DNA of 38,081 nt from Vicugna vicugna (taxonomy: Eukaryota): NCBI GenBank assembly GCA_013265495.1, contig MU058292.1:62001-100081 (forward strand). The letters are read 5' to 3'. Under the pieces are notes generated by a model that saw only the letters and a list, made by a program, of their open reading frames with translations, ran no database searches and had not been told where the DNA came from. This document shows positions 1-11,651 of the stretch, one piece after another; positions within the stretch are counted from its first letter, which is position 1, and every line of letters begins with the position of its first letter. The translations under genes and the position numbers were made by a program.

Positions 1-672
1 AAGTCCCTCGTATTTTTTTGGATCTTGGTTGCTGTGTCCATCAACGGGCTGGTGAGTGGTGTGTGTGAGCATGCTTATCATGTACACATCTAGATTTTTC
101 TGATGCTAAGTTTTGTCCATGTGAAGGAGGGGCTGAGCAGGGGGTAGACCAGGGTGAGAGGAAGACATGGGATGAGCCGGGGAGAAGGGTCCCTAACTCA
201 CTCTCACTGACATACTGTCAGCAGTGACACTGGCCTCCTGTGGCAGCCCCTCCAACCTGAGCACCATGGCGGTGAACCACTATACTTGTGACGAGCAGAC
301 AACTGAGTGCTGTGAAAGCTGCTGAAACTGCTCAGAAGCCTTTGGCCTCAATATTTCTGAGGTCAAGGAACACACAGGTGTCAAACTGCAAGCTGTCTTT
401 GCTTAAAAAAGCTTCTAACTTCTGTGGGGATAAATGCCATTAACCATGCATTTCCTCCCCAGAGAGCCGCGTGCCATGGACAGGTGGCCGTCAGCAACCA
501 AGGGGGGGCTCTTCCATCACCTGCCTTACTGACACACCTCTAAACACCTAGAACACTGTTATTATTCAAGAAGTATAACTCTTGGCTCATAACACGACAA
601 CTTTTCATTATAAAATAACAGGAAGAGAGTAAAACCAATCTTAATTTATTTCACCAGAGTCGCAGCACTGAC

Positions 673-788
673 CATTGAACTGACACTTTGTCCTGTCGTA
701 GTCATCACTGAGGGGTCTGTGGGAATGCCAGTGCACGAGTTCATCAAATTCCTTCTGTCTGACCAGCGAAGTTACAGCAGGGTCGTCA
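673..788 (-). CDS. DDX60: DDX60 exon 12 (116 nt): (S)DDPAVTSLVRQKEFDELVHWHSHRPLSDDYDRTKCQFN(+1 nt)
   Basis: Acceptor ...tcatctcatag| at 790-789; donor AATG|gtcagt at 672-671. Phase 2 in, phase 1 out. Strong match to DDX60. Confidence 0.9.
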
Positions 789-1243
789 CTATGAGATGAC
801 AGGAAGTACATGCTTATTTTAAACCACATGCCTCCAAACACAGCATAGATTTCATTTTAAAAAAATTTTGTTTTAAAAATCACAGCCACCTTGCCTCTTT
901 CTGGCATAGAATGTGGATGGTAGGCTCCAAAGAGCAGTTTATTAGGGACTTAAGAACCCAGACTCCACTGTGTATCTCTAACAGTGAGGTCAACATCAAC
1001 AAATATTCATAGATTAATTCATTAATTAAAAACATGCAGGTAGAATGATTTTACTCTAAGATTAAAATCATGTTGATTTTAACCTAGTTATGATCCAAAA
1101 GGCTTTGATATTAAACTCATGTGTTACAAACACATTACATCTAACATACCCTATTTATAAATAATGTCACATTTCATAGAGTCTTTAATGAGTAATTCAT
1201 TCATTCCACCCAGGTATTTACTGAGGCACTTTGAGCCCCATAC

Positions 1244-1349
1244 CTCACCAGGAAGGGCAAATCTTTCAAAATGTCTCCAACAAACTTATCCACCACCTGA
1301 CATGACATTGGAATAAAACCCAAATCAGGCATCTTTTCCTTGAAGGTAT
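1244..1349 (-). CDS. DDX60: DDX60 exon 11 (106 nt): (D)TFKEKMPDLGFIPMSCQVVDKFVGDILKDLPFLV(S)
   Basis: Acceptor ttgtttacag|; donor GAG|gtatgg. Phases 1 and 2 fit the neighbouring exons. Confidence 0.92.
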
Positions 1350-1448
1350 CTGTAAACAAGTAAAAAATTAAGACAAGGTCAAATGTGAAACTTTTATACA
1401 TATTATACATACAAACATATTATACATCATTTTCCAAAACTTCACATT

Positions 1449-1518
1449 AAAGAAACATTTTTCATTGATCTAAATTTACACTGAAAGAAACATTTTTCAT
1501 TGATCTAAATTTACACTG
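1449..1518. repeat. Perfect 35-bp tandem duplication (aaagaaacatttttcattgatctaaatttacactg x2)
   Basis: Units 1449-1483 and 1484-1518 are identical. Confidence 0.95.
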
Positions 1519-1600
1519 ATCAATTCCAGCCCATCCCATAAAGCTACTTCCCACATTAAAACACTCTGGAACACCGCAGTGTATAAGAAAGGCAGCACTC

Positions 1601-1636
1601 AGGTAGGTAGGTAGGTAGGTAGGTAGGTAGGTAGGT
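1601..1636. repeat. (AGGT)9 tetranucleotide microsatellite
   Basis: Read directly. Confidence 0.95.
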
Positions 1637-1939
1637 TTTGAGATGGATAGATAGACAGAAAAACGCCTGTTTCCTATTTCCAAATGTTTATTCCTTTTCT
1701 TATATCTTATTATGGGACAAGGAATTTGAACATGGAAGTCTCACTCATAAATCTCTTACATTATACTTTTATGAAAATAAAATGAAAAAACAGTAGAGGA
1801 AGATACCGATGTCAGTGAAGTTACTGGGTATCACTGGTGTCTTCCCTTACATCCTTCTGGATATTACAAACATGGATACACACACACAACAGTGTTCATA
1901 CATGTCACATGCACACTGTATATATGACAGCTGGCTAAC

Positions 1940-2380
1940 GAATGCCTTTTTATCTAATATCTGGCTCCTAATTCCAGGTAGGCTGCCTATTACTCCCCTG
2001 ATGCTCGCTGTTCCAGTGTCTGCCTGATACCTTCCTATGAGTCCTACAACTCTACCTGGGCACCTTCCTCTTACAGCTGTGGGTGCAGCCAGCGTCCTAA
2101 GGATTTCATGCCCCAAAGACTGGATGGAAGTTGCAGGGTAAATACCCTGGCTATCTTGCTCTTTGGATAAGACATCTCCCAAGTGGTTTGCACACCATTC
2201 GAAAATTCCTAGTATAACTTACCTGCAGTTGCCCACATGGAAACCTACTCGTTAACGCCCTGCATGGACTATGTTTTCTCCCTGGTGTTACCTAACACTC
2301 CCTTATTTGACCTTCCCGGGGCCAACCATCTCTTCGAACTCAAGAGTCTTTGTCTAGGGGACTTATCCTGACTAAGGGCA
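1940..2380. mobile_element. Possible old LTR remnant (ERVL/LTR16/LTR33-like)
   Basis: Composition shift, and a right end (tctttgtctagggg...gactaagggca) resembling ERVL-class LTR termini. Family uncertain. Confidence 0.3.
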
Positions 2381-2974
2381 GAGGATATATATTCCTCCCC
2401 TGCCTTCTGAAAACCATACTTGTAACTACCTCCTGACTTCCCCTTAGCTTTCCTTCACATTCCTTCTGGGGTCATTTTATCCTTCCTGAAATTCATGATG
2501 CAGAAATATCTTCAGCCATGACAGGATGATGGATAAATCCATGTTTGTACTTTTGAAAATGTCCACTTTACTCCTTCATTCTTAAATTACATGTTAAAAA
2601 TTATATATAATTTCATTATGTTCTGATTTCTATCACCATTACTGGGAAAGTCTATTATCAGACTAAATTTTTCCTCTGTAAGTAACTCTTGATTCTTTTA
2701 AAATACTTATTTTTCACATTCTGTGATTCTGTTGCCTTGTGTCTAGCATGGGTATTTTTCAGTGTGCATGTGCAGTTGTTAACTGACCCACTTGGGACAC
2801 ATCGTATGCCCTCGACGTGCACATTCTTGTTTCATCATCCAGGCAACTGCCCAGCCATCATCTCTTCAAGTACTGCCTGACCCACCTTGGCTCATTCTCT
2901 GCTTCTGAATCTCCAAATGAATGAAAGGTTACACATCTTCATTCTATCCTCCATGTCTCTTATTTTTTCTTGTT

Positions 2975-3570
2975 ATATCTTTTTTATTTGAAATTACAGC
3001 TTCATTGAGGTTAAGCTGACAAGGGTCACATATCTAAAGTGTACAATTTGATGTTTTGACATATGTATATATTCACAAAACCTTTACCACAAACAAGAAA
3101 ATAAATATAAACATCATCTTCAAAGGGTTTCTTGTGTGTCTTTATAATCTCTCTCTTTCCTCCTTCCCTGACATCTAGACCCTGTCCAGAAATAAACCAC
3201 TGATATGATTTCTGTAACTACAGATTAATTTGCATTTTCAAGAACTTTATATAAATGGAATAATCTATTCTCTGGCTTCTTCCACTCAGCATTATTATTT
3301 AGAAATTCACTCATGTAGTTATTAGGTCTGTATTCACTCCTTTTCATTGTTGTTATATTCCATTGCATGGTTATATAAACATGTTTTCTAGTTGATAATG
3401 TCTATCACAAAGAAAGCCACCATAAACAGTTATGTACAAGTCTTTGGACAAAATGTTTTCATTTCTATTAGGTAGAAGCCTAGTATTGTGTTATTCTGCA
3501 TTCCATCAGTAGTGCTGCTTCACAGCTTGCCAACACTTGCTATGGTCAGTCTTTTAATTTTAGTCATTTT
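2975..3570 (-). mobile_element. L1M (L1MB-like) 3'-end fragment
   Basis: Hallmark motifs aaagtgtacaatttgatg, accactgat...ttctgt, aaatggaat, ctggcttcttccactcagcat, cttgccaacacttg. Confidence 0.75.
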
Positions 3571-3574
3571 AATT

Positions 3575-3798
3575 TTAATATTTTCTCCTTTTGTCAATTT
3601 GATTACTACATGCCTTGGTGTGCTCCTCTTTGGATTGACCCTGTGTGCAACTCTGCAATTCTTGGACTTGGGTGACTGTTTCCTCTACCAAGTTGGGTAA
3701 GTTTTCGGTTATTATTTCTTCAAAAATTTCCTCAGGTCCTTTCCCTCTCTCTTCTCTTTCTGGGACCCCTGTAATGCGAGTATTAGTGTGCTTCATTC
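3575..3798 (-). mobile_element. L1 ORF1 fragment
   Basis: Translation TNTRITGVPEREERGKGPEEIFEEIITENLPNL is typical of the L1 ORF1p RRM region. Confidence 0.85.
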
Positions 3799-4859
3799 CA
3801 TGAAGACATGGAAGATATAACTTGTATTTTATAATTTTTTGTATCTATTTTTTTTGCTTGTTTTGGTTATTTTCAAATGTTTTCCAGCTTTATTGGGATA
3901 TAACTGACATACGACATTGTGTAAATTTAAGGCATACACTGTGTCATCTCTATTTGTATGTATAATTCTTGTGACCTACTTCTAGTTCACAAATTCTCTC
4001 TTTGGCAAAATCCCGTCAGCTTCGAACCTATCCACTGACAGTATTTTCATTTCTACAACTTTGGCTACTTTACAAAGTGAGTGAAATGTTTTGTATCGTG
4101 TTGTTATTTTCTCACATTTCAAATTTCCTATTTTATTTCTTTAAACATTTTTAAACACACATATAGTACAATCTACTTTGGATAATTACAAAACCTGAAG
4201 GACTTAAGAGTTCCATTTCTGTAACTTCTTGTTTCTCTTGGGACTTATTTCTTCTGCTGTTTTATAAATCTGTGTTTACACTCATATTTCACAGAGAATC
4301 CTGTAAAACCAGTGTTTATCGTGTTGCTCTTCTATGGAGAATGTGCCAGATTCCTTTGATCACTTTAAGGTTATTTTCTGGCTTAGCGTGGTCCTGACCC
4401 TGATAACAGAGTAAACCAAACCACAGATTCCTGAGAGAGCAGACCTATAATTAGAAATTCTCAGAGTGATCTGTAGATCTATCTCTTCCTTCATTTGTTG
4501 GCTTCTGAGATTTCCCTCCTATTGTTTTGAGCTCAGTTACGATTTTATACAAAGATGTTTGGTGTCTTTTATCCAGCATTTCACTTACTAACACTTCCAT
4601 GCTGACAGAAATGGAAATCACATGTATCTTGCTTTTTTTTAAAATTGACAGCAATATTAGTTACAAGCAAAACATAAAACTTCAAAATTACAAAGTATTA
4701 TTGCCCCAAGGATATGACAATATAGGTAATTTATTGTGAAAATGCACAGCACGAGGAAAATACTTGTATCTGCAACATTTAGTTAGCAACGTTCAAATGT
4801 TTCAAAACATTTTCAGAGGGATGAGGCTTTTCTTTCAAATTAATTCAGCGATCTCTTAC

Positions 4860-5015
4860 CTTTGATCGGTGATGGAGCCTTTTTAAGAAAAGGAAGTTTT
4901 GTTGTTCTCAGAGGAAATGGCTTTCCAACATCAAACTTTCGGACCAATTTTGATACAGTATCCCAGAGGTGTTCATAATCCTTCGTAATGACATTTCCCA
5001 AATTCAAATGTAGAC
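4860..5015 (-). CDS. DDX60: DDX60 exon 10 (156 nt): (G)LHLNLGNVITKDYEHLWDTVSKLVRKFDVGKPFPLRTTKLPFLKKAPSPIK
   Basis: Translated by hand (absent from the ORF track). Acceptor ctcttatatag|; donor AAG|gtaaga; phase 1-1. Confidence 0.92.
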
Positions 5016-6014
5016 CTATATAAGAGTTAAAAGTGGTAAGTACTAAAAGTCACTCACACATACACAGATGCAGTTATTTTGACTAAAGTCATAGAACTCT
5101 GAAATACTTTGGTCAAACAGTGACATTTTCAGTGAGTTCCAAACTGAACCTAAAGGAAAATGATCCCTAGTGTTGCCTGTGAGACTGCACACCTTAAAAT
5201 TTATCTTGTTCCCCATTTGATAGCTAAGTATTAAAATTATAACTATCTTAACTAACAATAACAGATGGTGAACACCTAACTATTTTTCAAGGTAGTAAGA
5301 AATGTTATGTCACACATAGCTTTACAATCAATAAAACAGAATAAAAACTATGAGTTTTCAAAAGTTAGAATGTTTGTAAAGAATTGCTAAATGTATTTGT
5401 AGCTAACTCATTCCAGTGTTTGCAATATGTAGGAACCAAAACTTAGTGGTTCTGCTCAATTAGTAATGTTGCTTCACTGTACTGTTGATTCACGGTAATG
5501 CTCAATTAGTTATACTTCTCTTAAAATGTGTCTTATTTTTCTTTCACTATTAATAAACAGAACATTTATTCTCATAAATTGATGCAAAGAAAAGAAAATT
5601 AATTACATATAACATATAATACATGTATATATATATATCAGCTTTATCTTTGGAAAAAATTTTAAATTCCCTAAATATCTAATAGTAGTAGAATGATTCC
5701 ATTAATGTTATGAAAAAATGTTATGCATGTATTTAAATGGAAAATTCAACTGTTAACTAGAAATGCCAATTTCCCAAACACATATTGTTTTTAACAATAC
5801 TTGTGGAGTAATATTAAGTTAAAAATGTTTTAAAATGCATTCACTCTGATTGCAACTAAGTAAAACTTATATACATGTATAAACAAACAGTGGAAAGACG
5901 ATGACTGCTATGTTATATGTTGGAAGTATAGAAAAATGATTTTGAAGTTTTAAATCCTTTATAAGGTCTACCTCTGGATAAAAGTATACTTATTATAATA
6001 TACTAAGGTGGTAC

Positions 6015-6156
6015 CTTGAACATTTTCTTCTTCATAGTAAAATGCTATATTTTTCAACAAAAGCTCATCACTTAAGTCGGAAAGGTGAGTTAAATTCAGA
6101 TTCCAAAATTCAAAAACATTTATATTACTTAGGATGAAATAGTCACACCAGCTTTT
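6015..6156 (-). CDS. DDX60: DDX60 exon 9 (142 nt): KSWCDYFILSNINVFEFWNLNLTHLSDLSDELLLKNIAFYYEEENVQ(G)
   Basis: Translated by hand. Acceptor ccaattttcag|; donor AAG|gtacca; phase 0-1. Confidence 0.93.
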
Positions 6157-6879
6157 CTGAAAATTGGAAATAAAACCAAGTTACTGACAATTTTTACATT
6201 AGCAGTAAACTCTAACATGGTCTTGAACACGTAGGGTAAGGTAGCCAGGCTCCTCCTTTTCTTACTAATGTGAGCCCTTCTGGGCTGGTTAATGATGAGT
6301 GCTTTATACCTTGCAAGGTTAAAGCTAAAATAAAATCAAACTAACCAAAAAATGAATTCATCATAGTTCTGTATTCTGAATCACAGAAATCTGTATTTCA
6401 TGACTAATACATTTTTTTCTCCTACTGTAACCCACAAATCCAAGACTACAGAAACATTGCCTTCAAATGTACAATATTTACTTAGGATTTAATGTTTTCC
6501 ATTTTATTTCCAGGTCAAAAGAGCATTAAAAAAAATAAGGAGCATTTGATCATTCAGGGATCTAGAAGATGCTGAAACCTTCAAACTCAAAGATTCCCAT
6601 TAGCCTACATCATTGTGCAGCCACAGAGTTAACAGAAGTGCATCTGTGTCCCTGCCAGTCACAGGCAGGATGTCTCCCCAAGCATGTTTAGCACAGAGCA
6701 AGGCAGACAAGAGTTCAATAACTTCTCTGAGTGAGCGGAGTCATCCTTTCATCAGTGTTAGAGTCTGATGAGTTAGGTTCAGAGGGAAAAAAAGGCCAGC
6801 TCTCTGCACTAAAATCCCTTACTGATAAAACACTCAGGCTCTCCTGTCATCTCGATCGATGTGGCACTGCATCCAGAGT

Positions 6880-7172
6880 AACCCAACAGAAGTGTAACAC
6901 AGGCAAACAGGCAAGTTGTAAATGTTATTTCAAATCTTCTGGATGTCACATTATAAAAGAAATAAGCTGAAATTCATTTTAACTTATTTCATTCAACACA
7001 ACATATCCAAAATATTATCATTTCAATGTGTAATCAATATAAAAATATTAACAGAACAGCTTACGTGTTTTTCACACTAAGTTTTTGAAATATGGTGTCT
7101 CTTTTAGACTTATCCATGTCTCAAGTGCCCACTGTCCACTTATGGCTGCTGGCTACTGCGCTGGGCAGCTCC
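6880..7172. mobile_element. hAT-Charlie MITE (MER33/MER3-like)
   Basis: Motifs atccaaaatattatcatttcaa-tgtaatcaatataaaaa and tcaagtgc...tggctgctggctac. Confidence 0.75.
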
Positions 7173-7309
7173 ACTCCAACCAGGTAACTCAGGACGGCTA
7201 CCTATGGTTCCTGATTAAATCATACATACCAAAAAGGCAGGGACCTCCCACCTCAACTGTAGTTTTATCTACAAATAAAAACTGAGGAGATTTCCTTAGA
7301 GCCACGGAG

Positions 7310-7492
7310 CAGTGATTCTCAAAATGCAGCACAAGCCTCACCTGGAAAGGTTATTAAATATGACAGATTGCTGGGCACCATCCACAGAGATTGATCCCAT
7401 GGGTCTGGGTGGACCCAGGAATCTATACTTCTAACAAGGTCCCAGGTGATGCTGATACTGTTGGTCAGGGGGCCCTACTTTGGGAACCACGC
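7310..7492. mobile_element. MER5A (hAT-Charlie)
   Basis: cagtgattctcaaa...ttctaacaag.tcccaggtgatgctgat...tttgggaaccac, including the terminal inverted repeat. Confidence 0.8.
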
Positions 7493-7879
7493 ACGTGAGG
7501 TCTGTCCCCACCCCCAGGCCACAGATCCTTCCCCATCATACCACTGAGTCAGCAATAATGTGTGAGAACAGAACACCAGAAGTCCCCGACGTTACTCACT
7601 CCATCTGACAGGCACCACAAGTGGCCTTCAAGTATCAAGATTGGAGCAAACATGAAACCCTCCCTGCAGTTTGCTGAGCTGCTCAGTTTCTCCAGAGACC
7701 TCAGAATATGCCTTTTACTGCCAAAACGTCCGAGGCTCCCTGAAGTTATGCTTCCTGGTGCCGGTGCTACCCAAGTGAAGCTCAGAGAAGGGGGAGACCA
7801 GAGGAGGGGTGAGGGGTCATCAGCTACTCCCAACATGCGGGGAGAGCAGAGGGCATGGGAGGGCACAGGCTTAAGATGA

Positions 7880-8050
7880 AACAGGACCTCAACCTGGTCA
7901 TTTGTTAGCTGCCCACTAAGGGGCCACTCAGCCTTCCTGAGCCCAGGTTTTCATTCATAAAATGAGGACATATGAGGAGTGTTGTCTGAATGAAGTAACA
8001 GAGGTCAAGGACACACTTGACACGGGCACGGAATAAACAGTGCTCTTCCC
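7880..8050 (+). mobile_element. MIR SINE remnant
   Basis: Core-like cttcctgagcccaggttttcattcataaaatgagga. Confidence 0.55.
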
Positions 8051-9812
8051 ACATATCTGGCCATCCACACCACTCTAGTTAAAGAACGATGTTTTCTACC
8101 AGCCAAGACCACTGAGCATGTCCTGCAGGGTCCCCCAAGAACATCCCATCATTTAGAAAGACTCAGTACTATTCTTTTCATTTAATACCCACTGTGCATT
8201 AAAAAACTGTTTATGAAACTCAGGTAAGTGAAAATTACACATACAGAGCATTCCTTTACATCTGTAAATCAATACCACAATTAATATATACATACCATTC
8301 AGTAGTTGAGTACATGTAATTCAACCGACACAAAGTTGGCAAAAAATTAAGTATTTCTCAAAAGTAAATTTACAGCAAAACTCATAGCACAACATTGTTG
8401 ATGCTGTATCATATTATTTCAGTGTCTGACGTACAGTATTCCTAGGCTCAGCGTACTGCCCTGGCACGACTTACACTAAGATGCCTGAAGTGAATTAAAT
8501 AGGCGCTAAAGACTGTATCTCTATCGCTTTAGTGAACCACAGTCTGCCTCTTCCTGATGGAAAATGCCAAGGAAAGGGTTCCCCAGTGGGCTTTAGGACA
8601 CAGGAACGTACTTTCACTGGACACCAGCAGAAGCACATGATCCTGTGTTCCCTGGAAGTGCTCACGGCTGCAGACCCAGGCCCACCCCTCCACACCTGGA
8701 CTGGAAGTGCTGCCCACACACGCCATGAGCTGCCACAGCAGACATCGCTGAGGCACCACCAGTGAAACCAGCCCAAACCAACAGACTCGGGTTACCTGAC
8801 TTCTTTATTTCTTAGGAGAAGCCATCCTTCTCAGACTGAGTGGAGTCTTCCCATTATTGGGTACTAAAGCATCCTGCAGTTCCTCCTTAACGTAAATTTT
8901 AAAAATTCAGTATCTGTCTCCCCCGCAAAACAGGGCTCTATGACAGTGCTGGGGGTGGGGGGACTAGGTTCTCAGCTTCCTCCCTAGGACTCATGCAACG
9001 CGTGTGCGGTGGGTCGACACCTGTGGACTGGCTTCCTAACTGACTGGTTCTAAAGTACTCTCCCTGAGCACTTGGACTCTAAGTGTCAAGATCCGTAAAA
9101 AAGGTCTGCTAATCCCATTTCTCGGCATGGAGTCCCCAGATCAAAGGGAAAGACTCACACACGAAGAACCTGGGAGTAGCAGCACCTATAACACAGCAAA
9201 CGCCCTCTTCACTTCCCAGACCGCACTGTGTCCATCGAAAGCAGCCAATAGCCACCACAGAATGAGTGGAGTGAGGGAGAAACTGGGAAAACACGTGGAA
9301 AGAAAAAAAGTATAGACTATACATTATATATATCTTTACCTATAACCATGTATAGTCCCAATGTTAGAAACAATTACACATAACAGAGAAAAACCTACGC
9401 ATTTACACCAAAAAGAATAAACTGAAACATGAATGGTGACCAGCACTGATTTGCGTGGGCTCCTGGGTAAGGTTTTCTTTCGCTATTTTTTTCAAGTCAA
9501 CGTATTTTCCCTAAATATCCTCAATACTGGACGAAAATAATAAACAATCAGACTGCTTTCCTCAACGGCTCTCAAGAGCAGAACACGACGGTCACTGTTC
9601 TCTCCCAGTTGACATCACAAAACCCTGATTTTTCTTTCTTTCTTTCTTTCTTTCTTTTTTTTTTTTTTTGAGTGAAGATTTATTCAGAGACGCACACTCC
9701 AGGGACAGGAGATGAGGGAAAGGCCACGGGTGGGGCTCAGGCTGAAGAAGCAGCAAGAAGCAGACGCCCCTGCAGACAGGCGGGCTGCGCAGCGCAGAGG
9801 ACAGGGCCACGA

Positions 9813-10020
9813 GCCCTGGCCCTGGCCCCCAGCCCTGACCCGGCCCTCGCCCCAGCCCTGACCCTGACCCCGGCCCTCGCCCCAGCCCTGGCCCTGACCC
9901 CGGCCCTGGCCCCGGCTCCAACCCTGACCTGGGGCCTGACCCCAACCCTGACTCCGATCCCGATCCCGATGCCGGCCCTGACCCCCGCCCCAGCCCTGAC
10001 CCTGGGCCTGACCTGACACC
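9813..10020. repeat. Degenerate hexamer tandem array (ccctgg/ccctga/ccccgg/ccccag)n, about 34 units
   Basis: Read directly; the minus strand reads (C/T)CAGGG, CCGGGG and CTGGGG. Confidence 0.9.
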
Positions 10021-10208
10021 GGCCCTGACGCAGGCGGAGCGGGAGAGATGGTCCCCTCAGGCTGGAGACAGCGTGCGGCCGGTCCTACCGCAAACACAGC
10101 TGCTGGGGTTCGGAAGGGACTGACCAGGCCACTGACCCTTTCAGGCGCCCGCGCTGACGTGGCTCCCATACACCAGAGACAAGGCCCCCTGGCCGAGCGT
10201 CCACTCAC

Positions 10209-10367
10209 CATCTGTAAGGCGGTCTGAATTTCCTCGGTCCAGCGGGAAGCCACGACTCTGGTGCGGGCTCTCTGGGGAAGAGGCGCGCGGAGCAGGAAAA
10301 CCGCAGTGAGACAGCACAGCCTGCACAGGTCCTCCGCCTCCCTCAGGGCCGGGCCGCGGCGCTCCCC
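10209..10367 (-). CDS. DDX60: DDX60 exon 8 (159 nt): GERRGPALREAEDLCRLCCLTAVFLLRAPLPQRARTRVVASRWTEEIQTALQM
   Basis: Branch-point-like ccctgac, acceptor ggctcctgcag|, donor ATG|gtgagt. The EDLCxLxCLTxVFLL...QRA..RV..S.W motif is DDX60-like; phase 0-0. Confidence 0.9.
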
Positions 10368-10430
10368 CTGCAGGAGCCACAGAGCGCGTCAGGGACCGGC
10401 GGCCGCGCGACGCAGCGTGGGGCTGAGAGG

Positions 10431-10490
10431 CTGCGTAACCCTGCGTGACCCTGCGCGAGACTGAAGGACCCTGCGTGACGCTGCGCGACG
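10431..10490. repeat. Six copies of a 10-bp unit (consensus ctgcgtgacc)
   Basis: ctgcgtaacc ctgcgtgacc ctgcgcgaga ctgaaggacc ctgcgtgacg ctgcgcgacg. Confidence 0.85.
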
Positions 10491-11651
10491 CCTGGGCAGC
10501 CCACGAGCTGCTCCCCGCGTGCGGGCGGCCGTCACGCACTGACGCCCCGGTTCCGAGCAGGCCGGTCTCCCCACGTCCCGGGGGCGGGCTGTCCTGGTGA
10601 CGCGCGGCTGCCGAGCGGCCCGGGCTCAGGAGCCCTCCCTGAGGCTGTCCTCTCCCCGGGCCTCATGTGTACAGCTGGCGCTGAACGCGGCGCGGCTGGG
10701 AGGGCGTCCCCTGTCCGAGCAGGAATGGCGGGGGCGCATGTAACCTGGCCACCTCCGTGCCCGCGGGTTTCGGGGCCCCAGACGCAGAGGGTGCAGCGCC
10801 TCCCCGGAGCCAAACGGGCCTAAGGATGAGCCGCTCCAGAGAGACACTGGGTGCAGGTCACTTGGGTGGCACCTAAAATGACCCGCCTAGCCCCGTGGGG
10901 ATGCGCCACCAGGACACGACTCACACAAGGGACGCAAGAGAAGCACGGTGAGCCCTGCTCATTTCTGAAACTGCGGAAGAAAGAGACAAAACTTCGTTTT
11001 TCCGTAGTGAGAATCTTCCACGGCAGCAGGGGGACCCGTGTGTGAGCGCGTGTGCGCAGCGCAGGGACGGCTGCTCAGCAGGACAGCGAAGCCGCGGCGG
11101 CCTCTCAGCCGGGGAAGGCTCGGCCCTTCCGTGTCTCCCCGGCGAGGACGGGAGGCAGAACTGCCGCTTCCAGGACCAGCGGAACCGGGACGAGACAGCC
11201 CTGGGTTCACGCCACACCGCATTTAACAGCTCGGTTTGAGGACTGCTCCTCGGACCCGCTGAACCTCAGCGTGCCCATCCGGGAAATAAGAACCACAGCG
11301 CCCCCTAAAAATGCTACTGTGAGGATTTAAGGGCAGAAGGGGTGTGAGGAGACCCGAACCTCGGACGGTGGCCAGCTCTCACCAGTGCCAGCTCCTTTCT
11401 TCTGGGGAGGACTGGACAGATTTGACTAGACGTGGACTAAGGGAAACGTGCAGAGTAAAACACCAAATCGTGTAACGGCACCATCAATGAGTCTTAGAAA
11501 CAAATTCTATCGCCTCCCCCACCCCTTGTTTGGAAGTTCATATAAATTAGAGAAATAAAGTCAATCAAATGAATTGGGGCAATGAAAATCAATAAAATTT
11601 CAAACATGGAGAACCACGGTGTTGTATTTCACAGCAAAATAATGATCGCAC

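Larger units (their letters stand above)
9750..11370. promoter_or_regulatory. Intragenic CpG island spanning DDX60 exon 8
   Basis: Abrupt very high GC and CpG density within an otherwise AT-rich gene. Confidence 0.75.

Noticed and set aside
1..60. Possible start of DDX60 exon 13 (KNTRD-like reading)
   Set aside because: No pyrimidine-rich acceptor at the required position and a weak match; treated as intron.
9592..10253. GP/GQ/PA/LT-repeat ORFs
   Set aside because: Translations of the hexamer array; only 10209-10367 is exonic.
10431..10490. CRISPR-like or recombination-signal array
   Set aside because: Head-to-tail minisatellite without spacers, in eukaryotic DNA.
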